A stretch of 64,000 nucleotides of DNA from Macrostomum lignano (Eukaryota), in assembly GCA_002269645.1 (NCBI GenBank), contig NIVC01000109.1, positions 908,780 through 972,779 on the forward strand. Direction: 5' to 3'. Shown here piece after piece: positions 1-13,864 of the stretch. A program made the translations under genes and the position numbers. The notes under the pieces are model-generated. The model saw nothing but the letters and a program-made list of their open reading frames with translations, was not told the DNA's origin and did not search any database. The stretch's first letter is position 1; each line of letters starts with the position of its first letter.

Positions 1-905
1 AGAGAGCAGAGACAGGTAGATGGGATTGGAGAGACAGATAGATGAGAGAGCAGAGACAGGTAGATGGAATTGGAGAGACAGATAGATGAGAGAGCAGAGA
101 CAGGTAGATTGGATTGGAAAGACAGGTAGATGAGAGAGCAGAGACAGGTAGATGGGAGAGCAGAGACAGGTAGATGGGAGAGCAGAGACAGGTAGATGGG
201 AGAGCAGAGACAGGTAGATGGGATTGGAGAGACAGATAGATGAGAGAGCAGAGACAGGTAGATGGGATTGGAGAGACAGGTAGATAGGAGAGCAGAGACA
301 GGTAGATGAGAGAGCAGAGACAGGTAGATAGGAGAGCAGAGACAGGTAGATGGGAGAGCAGAGACAGGTAGATGAGAGAGCAGAGACGGGTAGATAGGAG
401 AGCAGAGACAGGTAGATGGGAGAGCAGAGACAGGTAGATGGGATTGGAGAGACAGGTAGATGAGATAGAAGAGACAGGTAGATGGGATTGGAGAGACAGG
501 TAGATGAGATAGAAGAGACAGGTAGATGAGAGAGCAGAGACAGGTAGATGGGATTGGAGAGACAGGTAGATGAGATAGAAGAGACAGGTAGATGGGATTG
601 GAGAGACAGATAGATGGGAGAGGAGAGACAGGTAGATGGGAGAGGAGAGACAGGTAGATGGGAGAGGAGAGACAGGTAGATGGGAGAGGAGAGACAGGTA
701 GATAGGAGAGCAGAGACAGGTAGATGGGAGAGCAGAGACAGGTAGATGGGAGAGCAGAGACAGGTAGATGGGAGAGGAGAGACAGGTAGACGGGAGAGGA
801 GAGACAGGTAGACGGGAGAGGAGAGACAGGTAGATGGGAGAGGAGAGACAGGTAGATGGGAGAGGAGAGACAGGTAGACGGGAGAGGAGAGACAGGTAGA
901 TAGCA
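1..905. repeat. Purine-rich minisatellite (about 21-27 bp units), truncated by window edge
   Basis: Core GAGAGCAGAGACAGGTAGATG(G) repeated with GGATTG and GAGGA variants until unique sequence begins at about 905. Confidence 0.95.
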
Positions 906-981
906 GACAGATACTGTCATATTCAGAGTTGAAGATCAGCGAAAACCCAATATGAAGGGCACCCGGCACAAGCACTCGCAC

Positions 982-1119
982 CTAATAGCAAGGAATGAAG
1001 ATTCTTGATTCCTTGAAGGTCATTTGGCAGGTCCGCGTAATTCCTGCGTGAGAGAATCTCTTTGGATAAGAAGTACTTGTCGCGGTTTGCCTTGGAATTT
1101 CTTATTGCAGTCCAATATT
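982..1119 (-). CDS. Possible isolated exon with a leucine-rich-repeat-like motif
   Basis: Acceptor ccattAG, 138 nt, donor GTgcga, phase 1 at both ends. Reads (E)YWTAIRNSKANRDKYFLSKEILSRRNYADLPNDLQGIKNLHSLLL(G); the end matches LPxxLxxLxxLxxLxL. No partner exons could be joined. Confidence 0.3.
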
Positions 1120-1407
1120 CTAATGGCGATTACAGAATATAGAAGTTCTTTACCCTGACAACCTTGTTTTAGATTCTAATCTTGTGTAAACTGTCCTCGA
1201 GTACACCAGAACGCACAACGAATTTAAACAGAATGATGTACACTCGTCTATCTGGGGCGCGGAGTGAATATGAGCAAATTTTTAGTGCGTTGTCTGAGAT
1301 TTTAAACCACGCAAATTCATTCATGCACAGCGAATCCTTCTTCGATGAAAGGAAAGATGGAGCAAACAGTGAAGTTCTCTTTTATATTCTCAATATGGAG
1401 AAATACC

Positions 1408-2506
<1,099 letters not shown>

Positions 2507-2774
2507 TATCTATAGCTGGATTTATTGATTGACGGCTTCAGCTCAACTAGTCATGGAACCCCAACTGTTTCAGGTCTGCAAGCCTATTTTAAGCAGTCAG
2601 ATATTCACTGGATTATTATTTCAGTTAAAAATAATCTTAAAGAATAAAAAGCAACTGCATTTTTCTCGGTCTTTTCGGCTCGAGTTTTTTTGCAAATCGC
2701 TTATTTAGAATTTTAGGCTAAGGCGACTTTCTAAATTGTTGCTAATTTCATCACCCAGGGCGAGGCTGGCGCAA

Positions 2775-2800
2775 CCGGAAGTGCGACGATGAATTATAAA
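2775..2800 (+). promoter_or_regulatory. ETS-type site and TATA box of TNF-like gene 1
   Basis: CCGGAAGT at 2775-2782 and TATAAA at 2795-2800, 116 bp upstream of the ATG at 2911. Confidence 0.5.
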
Positions 2801-2910
2801 TAACAGCCGCGAAATGGTTTCAACTGTGACATGAATATCCGTTTTGTGGTATTCTCTACTCCTAAAGAAAAATATTTCAGCTAGACAATTTGATTGATCA
2901 AACAGTCAAA

Positions 2911-4447
2911 ATGCCCAGCATTCTGCTCGACACAATCAGGACCGTTCTGGTGATGACTGCGGTCCTCAGTCTGGTGGCTGCGGCTCCGGCTACATCGAAA
3001 ATGGTGACCAGCCTCTTGCCTTCTTACATAGGAAATTTGGAATTCAGGCACTTTAAGCGACATTGTCAGACAACCGGCGAGAGGCATTGCTGCCCATTCC
3101 GCCGACTCCCCTGAGCAAGCGCGCGGACACGTACGCTGTCATAAGCACAGGCTCACACTCACACAGGGCCCCTGACTTATTTATCGTTAGGCATGGGTTG
3201 GCCCCCAGGGGCGTTAATTGCACGAGCAGAGCCAAGCCAAGATTACAATTTAGCCCCAAATTAATGTGACATCAGACCACTGGGCTGCGGCCCTCGGAGA
3301 TTAGGGGGATGCTTTTGCTGTGTCAGATTTCAACAAATATAATAGAAAGTCATTTTATTCGCTTCTTCCGCAGATTTCGCTCGAGCTGAACTACGCCAGC
3401 CTGCCTTCGTGCTCGGAGACCCCGAATGGAAGTCTTTGCGAGCCGAACTGCACTCAGAGAAACAACTTCTGCCCCTTCATCATCGGCAGAGGTTAGCGAC
3501 CAATTGACGTCTCTTTTGCCACTCTGATCCCTTATCAATTTTGGACTTTCAAATAATCTAGAAAGTGGACTTTTTGAAATTAAGGTACATGCTTACTACT
3601 AGGGGGTTGAAGCCTAGTGGTCAGAGCTTCGGACTCCCGAATTGAAGGTCGGGGGTTCGATTCCCGATCCCACTGGAACGATTTGTGTCCTTGAGCAAGA
3701 CACTTAACTCTGCATTGCTTCAGTTCACCCAGCTGTAAAATGGGTACCAGCATTAGCTGGGGTAATTGAGGATGTGTGTGGCGACCCCCCAGCCCTTGGA
3801 CTGAACAGCCGTACGCAGCCTTCAGATGCGCCGCGCAATAGCTGCAGCTGAGCTGTCGGTTGCACATCTGGCCCAATTGGGGCAGGTGTAATCAATAATT
3901 ATTATTATCAATATTATTATTACTATTATTAGTAAGCTGCAGCATGTCATTCTCATTGTTTGAAAACTTAGAAAAATCCATTTAGCACAGACAAACTAAC
4001 AGAATCAATGATTCTTCAATTGCAGAGACAGAATGGAATCCGAGCACTCGTATTGTCGTGGGCCCCTGGGCGCCGACGCCAACCTCTGTTAAGAAATGGC
4101 CAGGCGACACATTCGAGCTGGCCGACAACAGCTCGGCGCTGAAGGTGCTGCAGTCCGGGCTCTATCACGTGACCGCCCAGCTGCTGGTGCGGCTGCCGGG
4201 CAAGTTCGCCGCCAGGACAATGGAATGCGCCCTGAGAGTCCAAGACAAGGTGGTCACCGCTGGCCGAGTGCTGAGCGCGGAGCACCCGCTCACCTGTCTG
4301 ACGGTGGGCGTGCTGCGACTCACGGCAGGGGAGCAGATCCAGGTGGCCCTGCTCCGTCTGGACAGCGTCCAGTACAGCGACGACTTCCAGATCTACGTGT
4401 ACCGCAAACGACTCAACTTCTTCCAGGTGACCCGAATCGGGTCTTGA
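2911..4447 (+). CDS. TNF-superfamily ligand-like gene 1, predicted secreted, 210 aa, 3 exons
   Basis: Exons 2911-3003, 3374-3491, 4026-4447 (phases 0 and 1, total 633 nt). N-terminus MPSILLDTIRTVLVMTAVLSLVAAA is signal-peptide-like. Exon 2 is ISLELNYASLPSCSETPNGSLCEPNCTQRNNFCPFIIGR. Exon 3 has TNF-homology motifs LKVLQSGLYHVTAQL, GVLRLTAGEQIQV, LNFFQVTRI. AATAAA at about 4558. First donor GTGACC is weak. Confidence 0.8.
3602..3932 (+). mobile_element. tRNA-derived SINE, full length, in intron 2 of TNF-like gene 1
   Basis: Pol III A-box-like TAGTGGTCAGAGC and B box GGTTCGATTCCC. Central block GTGTCCTTGAGCAAGACACTTAAC...CAGCTGTAAAATGGGTACC resembles CORE/Meta-type SINE domains. (ATT)n tail. 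3' half recurs at 53500-53654. Confidence 0.85.
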
Positions 4448-4819
4448 CAAAAAAGCCGAATTAACAAATCACTCACGCTGGCTGCCTTGTTGCAATTCTT
4501 AGAGATTATCCAAGCATAATACGTTGCTAGATATTCCTCATGACGTTTCTACATGCAGAATAAATATTTGTTTCAAATAGCCCGCAAATTTGTTTTATTT
4601 AAATTGGCCCCAAAAATATAACAAAACTTTATGTGAGATAACGATACAGAATCTTTTACTACAGTCAAATCTCTCTGCTTCATGCATGCTACTCGAGGAT
4701 TGCCCGAGAGCACCGACGAACGCACATTGCTGAGCGTACAAGAATTGCATTGGCAAGAGGGTTGCACAAGTTGGTTATTTTTATCATTCTTATTGCTGAT
4801 CTTGCACACTCACGAGTAC

Positions 4820-6025
4820 AGAATTGAATGATTCCCGCACTCGTGAACGTAAAGGAATCCCATTGTCGGATGATTCATCGTGCAGGAATGCACAAAACCG
4901 TGCAGGAATGCATTTCTGCGCCTAATGCTTTTTCAGTGAGATTTTACCATAGACATCCATTCCTGCACGCAAAAGAGTGCAAGAATGCCATTCTTGCATG
5001 GAAAATCAGCCGACAATGATTTTGTCTATGGCAAAATCATCTTTATGTCTAATGCATCATAGGTATTTTCAGAAATAGTATTTTCAGAAATTGAAAAGAC
5101 AACAAAAAAGAAAGTGCAGGATTGATTTTTTCTTGTTTGATTCTACGTGCAGGAATGTATTTAAGCGTGCGGAAATGCTTTCGTCTATGGTAAATCTTCA
5201 TTTAAAATGTTACTGCTTACAGTGCAGAATGCATTTTCATTCCTGCACGGTAATAGACTGAATTGTATTTCAATAAGAACAAACAAGTGACAAAAAATGA
5301 GTAACAACATTAACGTATTAAAGCAATGGAATTCTCATCTTCTTTGTTGACGCCGACGTAGTCGGCTCACTTGTTAACAGCACTTCAGACTGTGCCGCAC
5401 TCCGAATGCCGACCGATGAAGTCTCAGAGCCAGTTCCGTCAAGAGCAATAGTCAACTGTCCACTCATGCCCACCATTATAGTGTCTCTTCGTTTTCGTTC
5501 ACTTCGATAGAAATTTTCACATAAACGTAAGAATAATTCTATCAGATACAATGTGCAAGCTTTGCTACGTTGTGTACACACAGTGTAACGGTTTTCAGCT
5601 TACCTTGTGCCCCGTCACTTACACAGACACGTAGCGCAGGTCTATCAATGGACCAACCAAATTTTTGTCACTCAGAGTGGCCATGTTTGATTTCAATTTT
5701 CTAAATAACAAACACTATTATCACTACGTAACTAACTCCAGCCATTCTTCTTCTTTTTTTATTCGGCGTGCAGGATTGAATGATTCCCGTGAAGGAATCC
5801 CATTGTCGAATGATTCATCGTGCAGGAATGCACAAAAACCGTGCAGGAATGCATTTCTGCGCCTAATGCTTTTTCAGTGAGATTTTACCATAGACATCCA
5901 TTCCTGCACGCAAAAGAGTGCAAGAATGCCATTCTTGCATGGAAAATCAGCCGACAATGCTTTCGTCTGTGGTAAAAATCCTCGTGAATTCTGTTGAAAC
6001 AGTTTTTGTCTATGGTAAATGTTTT
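4820..6025. repeat. Unclassified repeat: about 190-bp direct duplication (4822-5019 and 5776-5959) with GTGCAGGAATGCA modules in both orientations
   Basis: Near-identical blocks ...GTGCAGGAATGCATTTCTGCGCCTAATGC...CAGCCGACAATG; further modules at 5140-5260. Confidence 0.75.
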
Positions 6026-7167
6026 TTTTTCATGTGGGACCCCCCCCCCCAGCAAGGGGACTGCGTCCCCTTACCCCGCTTCCCGCTGCACCTCCCTTCC
6101 ACTCTAATTGATCCAACAAGAATAATATTCCAGCACGAAAACGAGTGCGACTGTGGCAAAGGCACGAGTGTTAAGCCGATTCTGAGCGCATTAAACGCCA
6201 ATCGAGTGATTAAATGAGGGGTTCAATAGCATTGCAGCAGCATTGCATTCATGATATATATTTCTCGTGAATTAAGTGACTCTAGAAATACGCGATCACG
6301 AGATGCAGATGCAGAGTGGAGGCGGAGGAGACCACCCATTCCGCTAGCCTCTGGTGACCAATAACGAAGTGATGTCGCTCAGGAGAACCCGGCGGTTCGC
6401 GGTCCTCCTCACCGGCGTTGGGGAAGAACTCAGCTCTCCCCTCGTCCCTGAGGTACCGGTGTTAGGCTTTGCAATCTCCGTGCGTTTGCAGTCTCCGCCC
6501 AGAGATTGCAAGACAAATGTGACTCTGCCTTGCGCTCTCCAGTCCCGGGTGAACTGTAATTGTAATTGCGCAATTTATACTTCATTCTCTCTGATGCTCA
6601 TTGTATTTTAAAAGCTATTTATTAAGAATTTAGAAAGCTGCAAATGTGACTCAGGTATTTGTAGTGTCAAGTAAAGACCGACATGGCAAAGGCGACTTCG
6701 AAATGATCAGGGCTCTCTTCAAGCGAGCAAGACACTGAGTTGAAACTGTCAATAGATAATCAATAACGAAGTGTAATAAAAATGTAAAATCAAAGCGAGA
6801 TTTACTGAAACCGAGAAATAAATAATAAGTTTTAAACAGCTGGTGCTTTTAGTCCTGCCTCATTATGTAACAATCATTTCTATAAACTTCTTTCCGTTTC
6901 AAGTGCATTCGTGAAAATGGTCACCTGTTGCAGAACTCCGTTGCAGAACTATGATACAAAAATGAGTACCGTAAATAGATCAATGATGTAATCTTTATGA
7001 CACCTGAAGAGCCTCAAAACGGCAATGACTGGTGTGACGTAAAACTTCAATCGCGAATGACGTTCCCCATCACGCTAACGTTCCACTTTCAAAAGCGGTC
7101 ATCTCAGCAAGTGTGCATCGGAAGACTTGCTCTATTGTCTGTGCTGTACTCAACTCTCGCTCTCGCA

Positions 7168-7248
7168 GGGAAATTCCGTGGCAACCTTAGAACGAAAAAA
7201 TTACTTTGATGCTTACGTTTTTATTACCTCGTTGTAGAATTATATAAG
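7168..7248 (+). promoter_or_regulatory. kappaB consensus site and TATA box of TNF-like gene 2
   Basis: GGGAAATTCC at 7168-7177 matches GGGRNNYYCC; TATATAAG at 7241-7248, about 110 bp upstream of the ATG at 7352. Confidence 0.55.
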
Positions 7249-7351
7249 AAATTCGAGGCAAGCTGTAAATTTGCTCAGACATCTCAAGTCATCTTCTGAT
7301 CTTTCGCCATCTTGCAAGAAAAACAGCAAACAGCGCCACTAAAGCTGCAGA

Positions 7352-8251
7352 ATGTCTTCTCCAAGCGAGTCGTTGATTGCAGTCGAAGCTGGCAGCACAT
7401 CGGTGCCAACTGAGCCACCGACTGCAGCTCGCAGAGTCGCCAAGTCCCAGCAAAGTCTCTCGAAAATTGGCGTGATGGCGGCCTGCTTCATCTTCTGCTC
7501 GGTGGCTGCGGTTGCTGGCCTGACCAAACTGCAGCAGCCGCCACAGCCTGCGGACTGCTCTGGCTTGAGCTGTGAGCCTGCGGTTCCAATGGTGAGCAAA
7601 GAGCATAGTGGCATTCTCATTTTCAGGATGCCTCGCAGACTGTCCAACACTCAGCAACCCCCGGACTTTCATTGCAGGTGTCGCTTCGAATCGCCTACGA
7701 GCGGCTGCCTCCATGTCTCCGGGGCGGCTTCAATGGAAGCCTCTGCAACCAGAAAGGCATTGTCCATAGCAGAGGTAAGCAGCACTGCCACTCACTCAGG
7801 TATGCGGATGTTGGACTGACGGGCTCTGTTGGTTCTTGCAGATGAAGACAACGACATCACCGTGGGCCCGTGGGCGCCCGTCAGTAGAGGCGATTCTTTT
7901 GCGAGGAGCGCCTTCGCTCTGATCGATGACGACTCCGCCCTGGAGGTGCTGCTGGGAGGGCTGTACCACGTGACCTCTCAGCTGCTGGCTCAACTGCCGG
8001 CCGCCGACAACGCGCACAGAATTGTCGAGTGCGCGCTCAGAGTCAATGGCACCGCCATGTCAGTGGTGAAATCACCGAGTACGGGCGCTCCTCTCACCTG
8101 CACCACAGTCGGTGTGTTCAGGCTGGAAGCCGGCGACAGGATCTGGGTGTCGCTGAGGTACGATGAGAGCGTCAATGGGCAGAACCGGCTTTCCATCGGT
8201 GCCAGACGGCCGGCAATGAACCATTTTCAGGTGACCCGACTCGGCCGGTGA
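7352..8251 (+). CDS. TNF-superfamily ligand-like gene 2, type II membrane, 248 aa, 3 exons
   Basis: Exons 7352-7591, 7678-7774, 7842-8251 (747 nt; donors GTGAGC, GTAAGC). Internal hydrophobic anchor IGVMAACFIFCSVAAVAGL. Exon 2 is VSLRIAYERLPPCLRGGFNGSLCNQKGIVHSR. TNF domain motifs LEVLLGGLYHVTSQL, GVFRLEAGDRIWV, NHFQVTRL. Confidence 0.88.
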
Positions 8252-8616
8252 CCGCATCCCGCCTTGCCAATTAGGCTACAGAACCTACCTCACCTTTCTG
8301 ATCGCAAACTTGTTTTCTTAGAACAGAAACTTCTCATTTATTCTGGCATGCAAAGTTTTTGTCTGCTGCATTTCAGACGGAGTGTTCGGAGAATTCCAGT
8401 ATTCAGAGTTTCTGTTACAGAACTGCAATGCCTCATGATATTCTGCAGTTGAAAATAAAATTGACTTTAAGTACACCTTAAATTGACTTGATTTTATTTA
8501 AGTTTCAACTTTTTTAAACGTGTTAAAATAGTAGAAAACTGACTAGCAACCAGCGCCCCCCGTTGGCGAGCCAACAAAGAATGTAATACAAATTTTTGAA
8601 TAAACTACATGTAGCC

Positions 8617-8970
8617 TCAGCCTTGACATCTCAGCAATTCTCCCCGTAAGCATTGACATCTCAGAAATTCCCCCCGTAAGCCTTGGCATCTCAGCAATCC
8701 CCCCATAAGCCTTGACATCTCAGCAATTCTCCCCCCATAAGCCTTGACATCTCAGCAATTTCCCCCATAAGCCTTGACATCTCAGCAATCCCCCCATAAG
8801 CCTTGACATCTCAGAAATTCCCCCCGTAAGCCTTGGCATCTCAGCAATCCCCCCATAAGCCTTGACATCTCAGCAATTCTCCCCCATAAGCCTTGACATC
8901 TCAGCAATTCTCCCCCCATAAGCCTTGACATCTCAGCAATTTCCCCCATAAGCCTTGACATCTCAGAAAT
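8617..8970. repeat. 31-33 bp minisatellite
   Basis: About 11 copies of TAAGCCTTGACATCTCAGCAATTC(T)CCCCC(C)A with variable C-run length. Confidence 0.93.
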
Positions 8971-10032
8971 TCTTTCTAAAACTACCTGACACTTCTTTTT
9001 TGACATGACGCTTCTTTCATGTCTGACATGACGCTTCTTTCATATTTGACGACGCTTTTTTATGTTTTGGCTATTCTCGATCCTGTGAGCCTTGACCTTT
9101 CAACAATTCCCACCTGTAAGCCTTGAACTCTTCGCGAATTCCCCCTAACCCTAAAGCCTGGACATTTCAGAAATTCTCCCCAAGTGTTACAGCATTAGCG
9201 ATCCCCCCAAGTCTTGACATTGTAGCAATTCCCAAATGAATCTTCTATGTTCGACATGACGCTTCTTTTATGTTTTATGTTTTCTTGACTCTTCTTTTTT
9301 GTGACTTGACGCTTCTTTTATTGAATTTATCAATAAAACAACTATTAATCATTCAGTTTATCAATATATCAACTATAGTAATCACTCAGTTTATCAATAT
9401 ACTCAGCAACATTGGAAAAGTCGTGAGCAATTTCTTTTGGACTTGATAAATTCTTTTGGATCTTTCGTATTCTGAAATAAAAGATACGAGAAAAAACTGA
9501 GGGGTTGCTTTAATCCGTCCAACCCTCGCACATGATCTATGTATCAAATATCAATTTATCAGTTTATTAGCATAACGGAATACCAATCCACAAGCTATTA
9601 ATAGACGATATACAATACGATAGCAACATATCAATATATTATCAGCAACTATCCGATCTTCGCGAGTTCATTTCTTTCTAAAGTAAACTATTTTCAAGTC
9701 CATCGATGCCAGAAACCTTCGCCTTCATTCCGTCAGATGTGGCGCAATCATATTTCTAAAAGCGTTGAAAAGAACTATTAGAAATTTCGAAAACTGCCAA
9801 CTGCTAAAGATAATAACGACTGTTTCTAAAAATAGAATCAGTGGCTGTCCGCAGGCTGCCGCTGTGCAGAATCTCGCCAACAGACAGCTGCTAAATTTAA
9901 CCATCGGCGCACAATTGGACTCGCGAACTTGCCTCGAGCCTGGCTATTCTTCTGCAGCCTGGCCCGGCACAGACTTCCCAGTTTAGCTCGAGCTGGATTC
10001 TATTTTTGTTGCAACAAGATTTGGCACACAAT

Positions 10033-10098
10033 GGAACGTCCCCTCGGCATCCGTTGGCTGTTGAGGGAAGCAAAGCAGTTCGCCAAACTCTATAAAAG
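10033..10098 (+). promoter_or_regulatory. kappaB consensus site (reverse orientation) and TATA box of TNF-like gene 3
   Basis: GGAACGTCCC at 10033-10042 reads GGGACGTTCC on the minus strand (GGGRNNYYCC); TATAAAAG at 10091-10098, 110 bp upstream of the ATG at 10201. Confidence 0.55.
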
Positions 10099-10200
10099 AG
10101 GCGACAGCTTCGACTAAAAAAAATTCAACCAAAAATTGCTTGCAAAGCAGAAGCAGACTTGCAAAGACAGCGGAATAAACATCTTCTCTTCAAAGCAACA

Positions 10201-11091
10201 ATGTCCCACCAGGCTCAATCGCTTCTTCTGGAGGCTGGACACGCTGAGCGTCAGCAGCCGTCGGAGCCGTCCGCGGTGCCCGCCGCCGGTCCTAAACCGG
10301 CCGCCGAGACGCGCCGTCATCCGCGGCTGCTGCTAGCGGCGGTCGCCGTGGCAGCCTGCGTCCTGGGCGCTCTGGCCATCGCTGGCGGAGCCACTCAGGC
10401 GGCCACAGCTGAAGCCAGCAGCAGCGGTCATGACTCGGCCAATGTGAGTCATTTTGTGAGTTATTCTTTCTCTTCGAGAAGTCCTTGGCCGCAGAGGCTC
10501 CCCCGTCCGCTTTTCAGTGGATTCTGCTCCGACTGACGCACAAGGGTCTGCCCCCGTGCTCATCAAACTACAGCGGAACTCTCTGCTGGGGAGCTGGGGA
10601 GATCAATAGCAGAGGTGAGCTTGCTGAATATTCGCAGTCAACCGAGTGCAAGCCCCAACGACATTTACCTTTCGTCTCCGATTCCAGAGGGCACCAACAA
10701 TGTCTTGGTGGGGCCATGGACCTCAGACGGTGGGCCTGCAGCACCCAATTTTGTCCTGCTAAATGACAGCTCGTTCGGGCTACGGGTCCTGAGCCCCGGA
10801 CTCTACCAGGCAGTGCTCCAGCTGACGGCTCAGAACCACAACGGCAGCTCTCCGGTCAATCTTGAGTGCCGAGTCAACCTCGACGGCAGAGTCGCCATCG
10901 CTGGCAGGGCGATGAACTCCGAGTCGCCGCTAACCTGCTTGGCTGTGGGCTTCCTGCGCCTGTCGCCAGGAGACCGCCGGGTCAGCGTGTCGCTGAATCG
11001 ACAGAGGGGCCTGCACGGCCAGAACCAGTTCAGGATCAGGCTGGGGGCAAATGGCCTCAACTACATGCAGTTGATGAAAGTAGGAAATTGA
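10201..11091 (+). CDS. TNF-superfamily ligand-like gene 3, type II membrane, 247 aa, 3 exons
   Basis: Exons 10201-10443, 10518-10614, 10688-11091 (744 nt; donors GTGAGT, GTGAGC). Anchor LLLAAVAVAACVLGALAIAGG. Exon 2 is WILLRLTHKGLPPCSSNYSGTLCWGAGEINSR, 97 nt as in gene 2. TNF motifs LRVLSPGLYQAVLQL, GFLRLSPGDRRVSV, NYMQLMKV. Confidence 0.88.
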
Positions 11092-11614
11092 CAAGTCTGA
11101 CTGATTGACATTGTGCTACTCTCTATAGCTGACTCAAAATAATTTTTATGAATTAGACAAGTAAGCCGGCACTAGTTAGCACGCTTTGTTATTGAAAGCT
11201 TATCAGGTATCTTTTGCTTGAAAATATTTTTACGCTCGAGTATTCACGCCCACGATATTTTCAGGTAAAGAACTATTCAAATTAAACAATTTTTAAGACC
11301 AAAAATAGAGAATTCTTGCCCTATTTTTATCCGGAAGTATTTTGTTCAATACGAATGTGATGTACTAGTAAGACCAGTTTTAATAGCCTTCTAATTCGTT
11401 TTCGTTCTGCTTACTCCCGCACTGCTGTACAAATCCAATACAATGAAACTGCACGAGCCAGCTGCACTGTAGGCGTTCATTTTGTTATAGAATACATTTT
11501 TCATAATGTCACCATAACTCCGGCAGTCTATCGTTTCACTGCAACCAAACAATTGACTCAGTTTTTTTGCAAGTACCCAGGGTACTTTAGAGTGTTTGCT
11601 GAGTCAATCAGCGA

Positions 11615-13100
<1,486 letters not shown>

Positions 13101-13101
13101 A

Positions 13102-13864
13102 TCGCTTTTGACGCTCTAGATAAGACTTTAGACATTCAAAATAAGACTGCATAGGATCGCAAGCAAGTTCAGGCTAGCCACGGCCAGAGCATGCCCAGTC
13201 TTGGCTGCAGGAATGGCTTGGCCATAGACTAAAAAATGGAATATCAAATTGAGAATAAGACGCTCAATATGAGACTGAGTGTGAAAGCCTTCAGATATCG
13301 CTCTAACCCTCTGACCCTCAGCCAGCTCTCCTTCTTCACCCCTTGGGTTGCATCTGACCCCTTGGATTTCACTGTGATGGCACCATCGATTCCTGCAGCA
13401 GACCGTCAGCGTCTGATCGACACAGTAAACAATGGATCAACCATCCTAGCTGCCGCTCAAATTCTCAAGATCAAGAGAGCGTCCGCCTTTAGGATCGCTG
13501 CGGAGTTCCGCCTCCATGGCAGAGTTGAATCCCTACCTCGTGGCGGTCGGAGAGAAGAAAATTGCAAGGCTGACTTCAGTGATGGAATAAACATTTCGAT
13601 ATGCTATTCTGCTTCTTGTTTATTGCCTAATTTCTCCTTAGCTGTTTGTATGGTGACTGCCAAAAAGCAAATAAATTACGTTCACTCCCGGTCTCATATT
13701 GAGCGTCCTATTCTCATTTTGATATTCCATTTTTTAGTCTATGGCCAAGCCATCCCTGCAGCCAAGACTGGGCTTGCTCTGGCCGTGGCTAGCCTGACCT
13801 TGCTTGCGTTCCTATGTAGTCTTATTTTGAATGTCTAAAGTCTTTTCTAGAGCGTCAAAAGCGA
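13102..13864 (+). mobile_element. Internally deleted Tc1/mariner (IS630-Tc1-mariner) element
   Basis: About 185-bp imperfect TIRs (TCGCTTTTGACGCTCTAGA.../...TCTAGAGCGTCAAAAGCGA) flanked by TA at 13100-13101 and 13865-13866. From ATG 13377 a transposase HTH remnant reads MAPSIPAADRQRLIDTVNNGSTILAAAQILKIKRASAFRIAAEFRLHGRVESLPRGGRR. No DDE domain remains. Confidence 0.88.

Noticed and set aside
3602-3675. Functional tRNA gene
   Set aside because: Irregular anticodon arm, directly followed by a SINE body and tail that recur elsewhere.
6300-6611. Fourth TNF paralog (SPPRDCKTNVTLPCALQSR faintly like exon 2)
   Set aside because: No TNF-domain exon follows before gene 2, and there is no signal or anchor of comparable quality.
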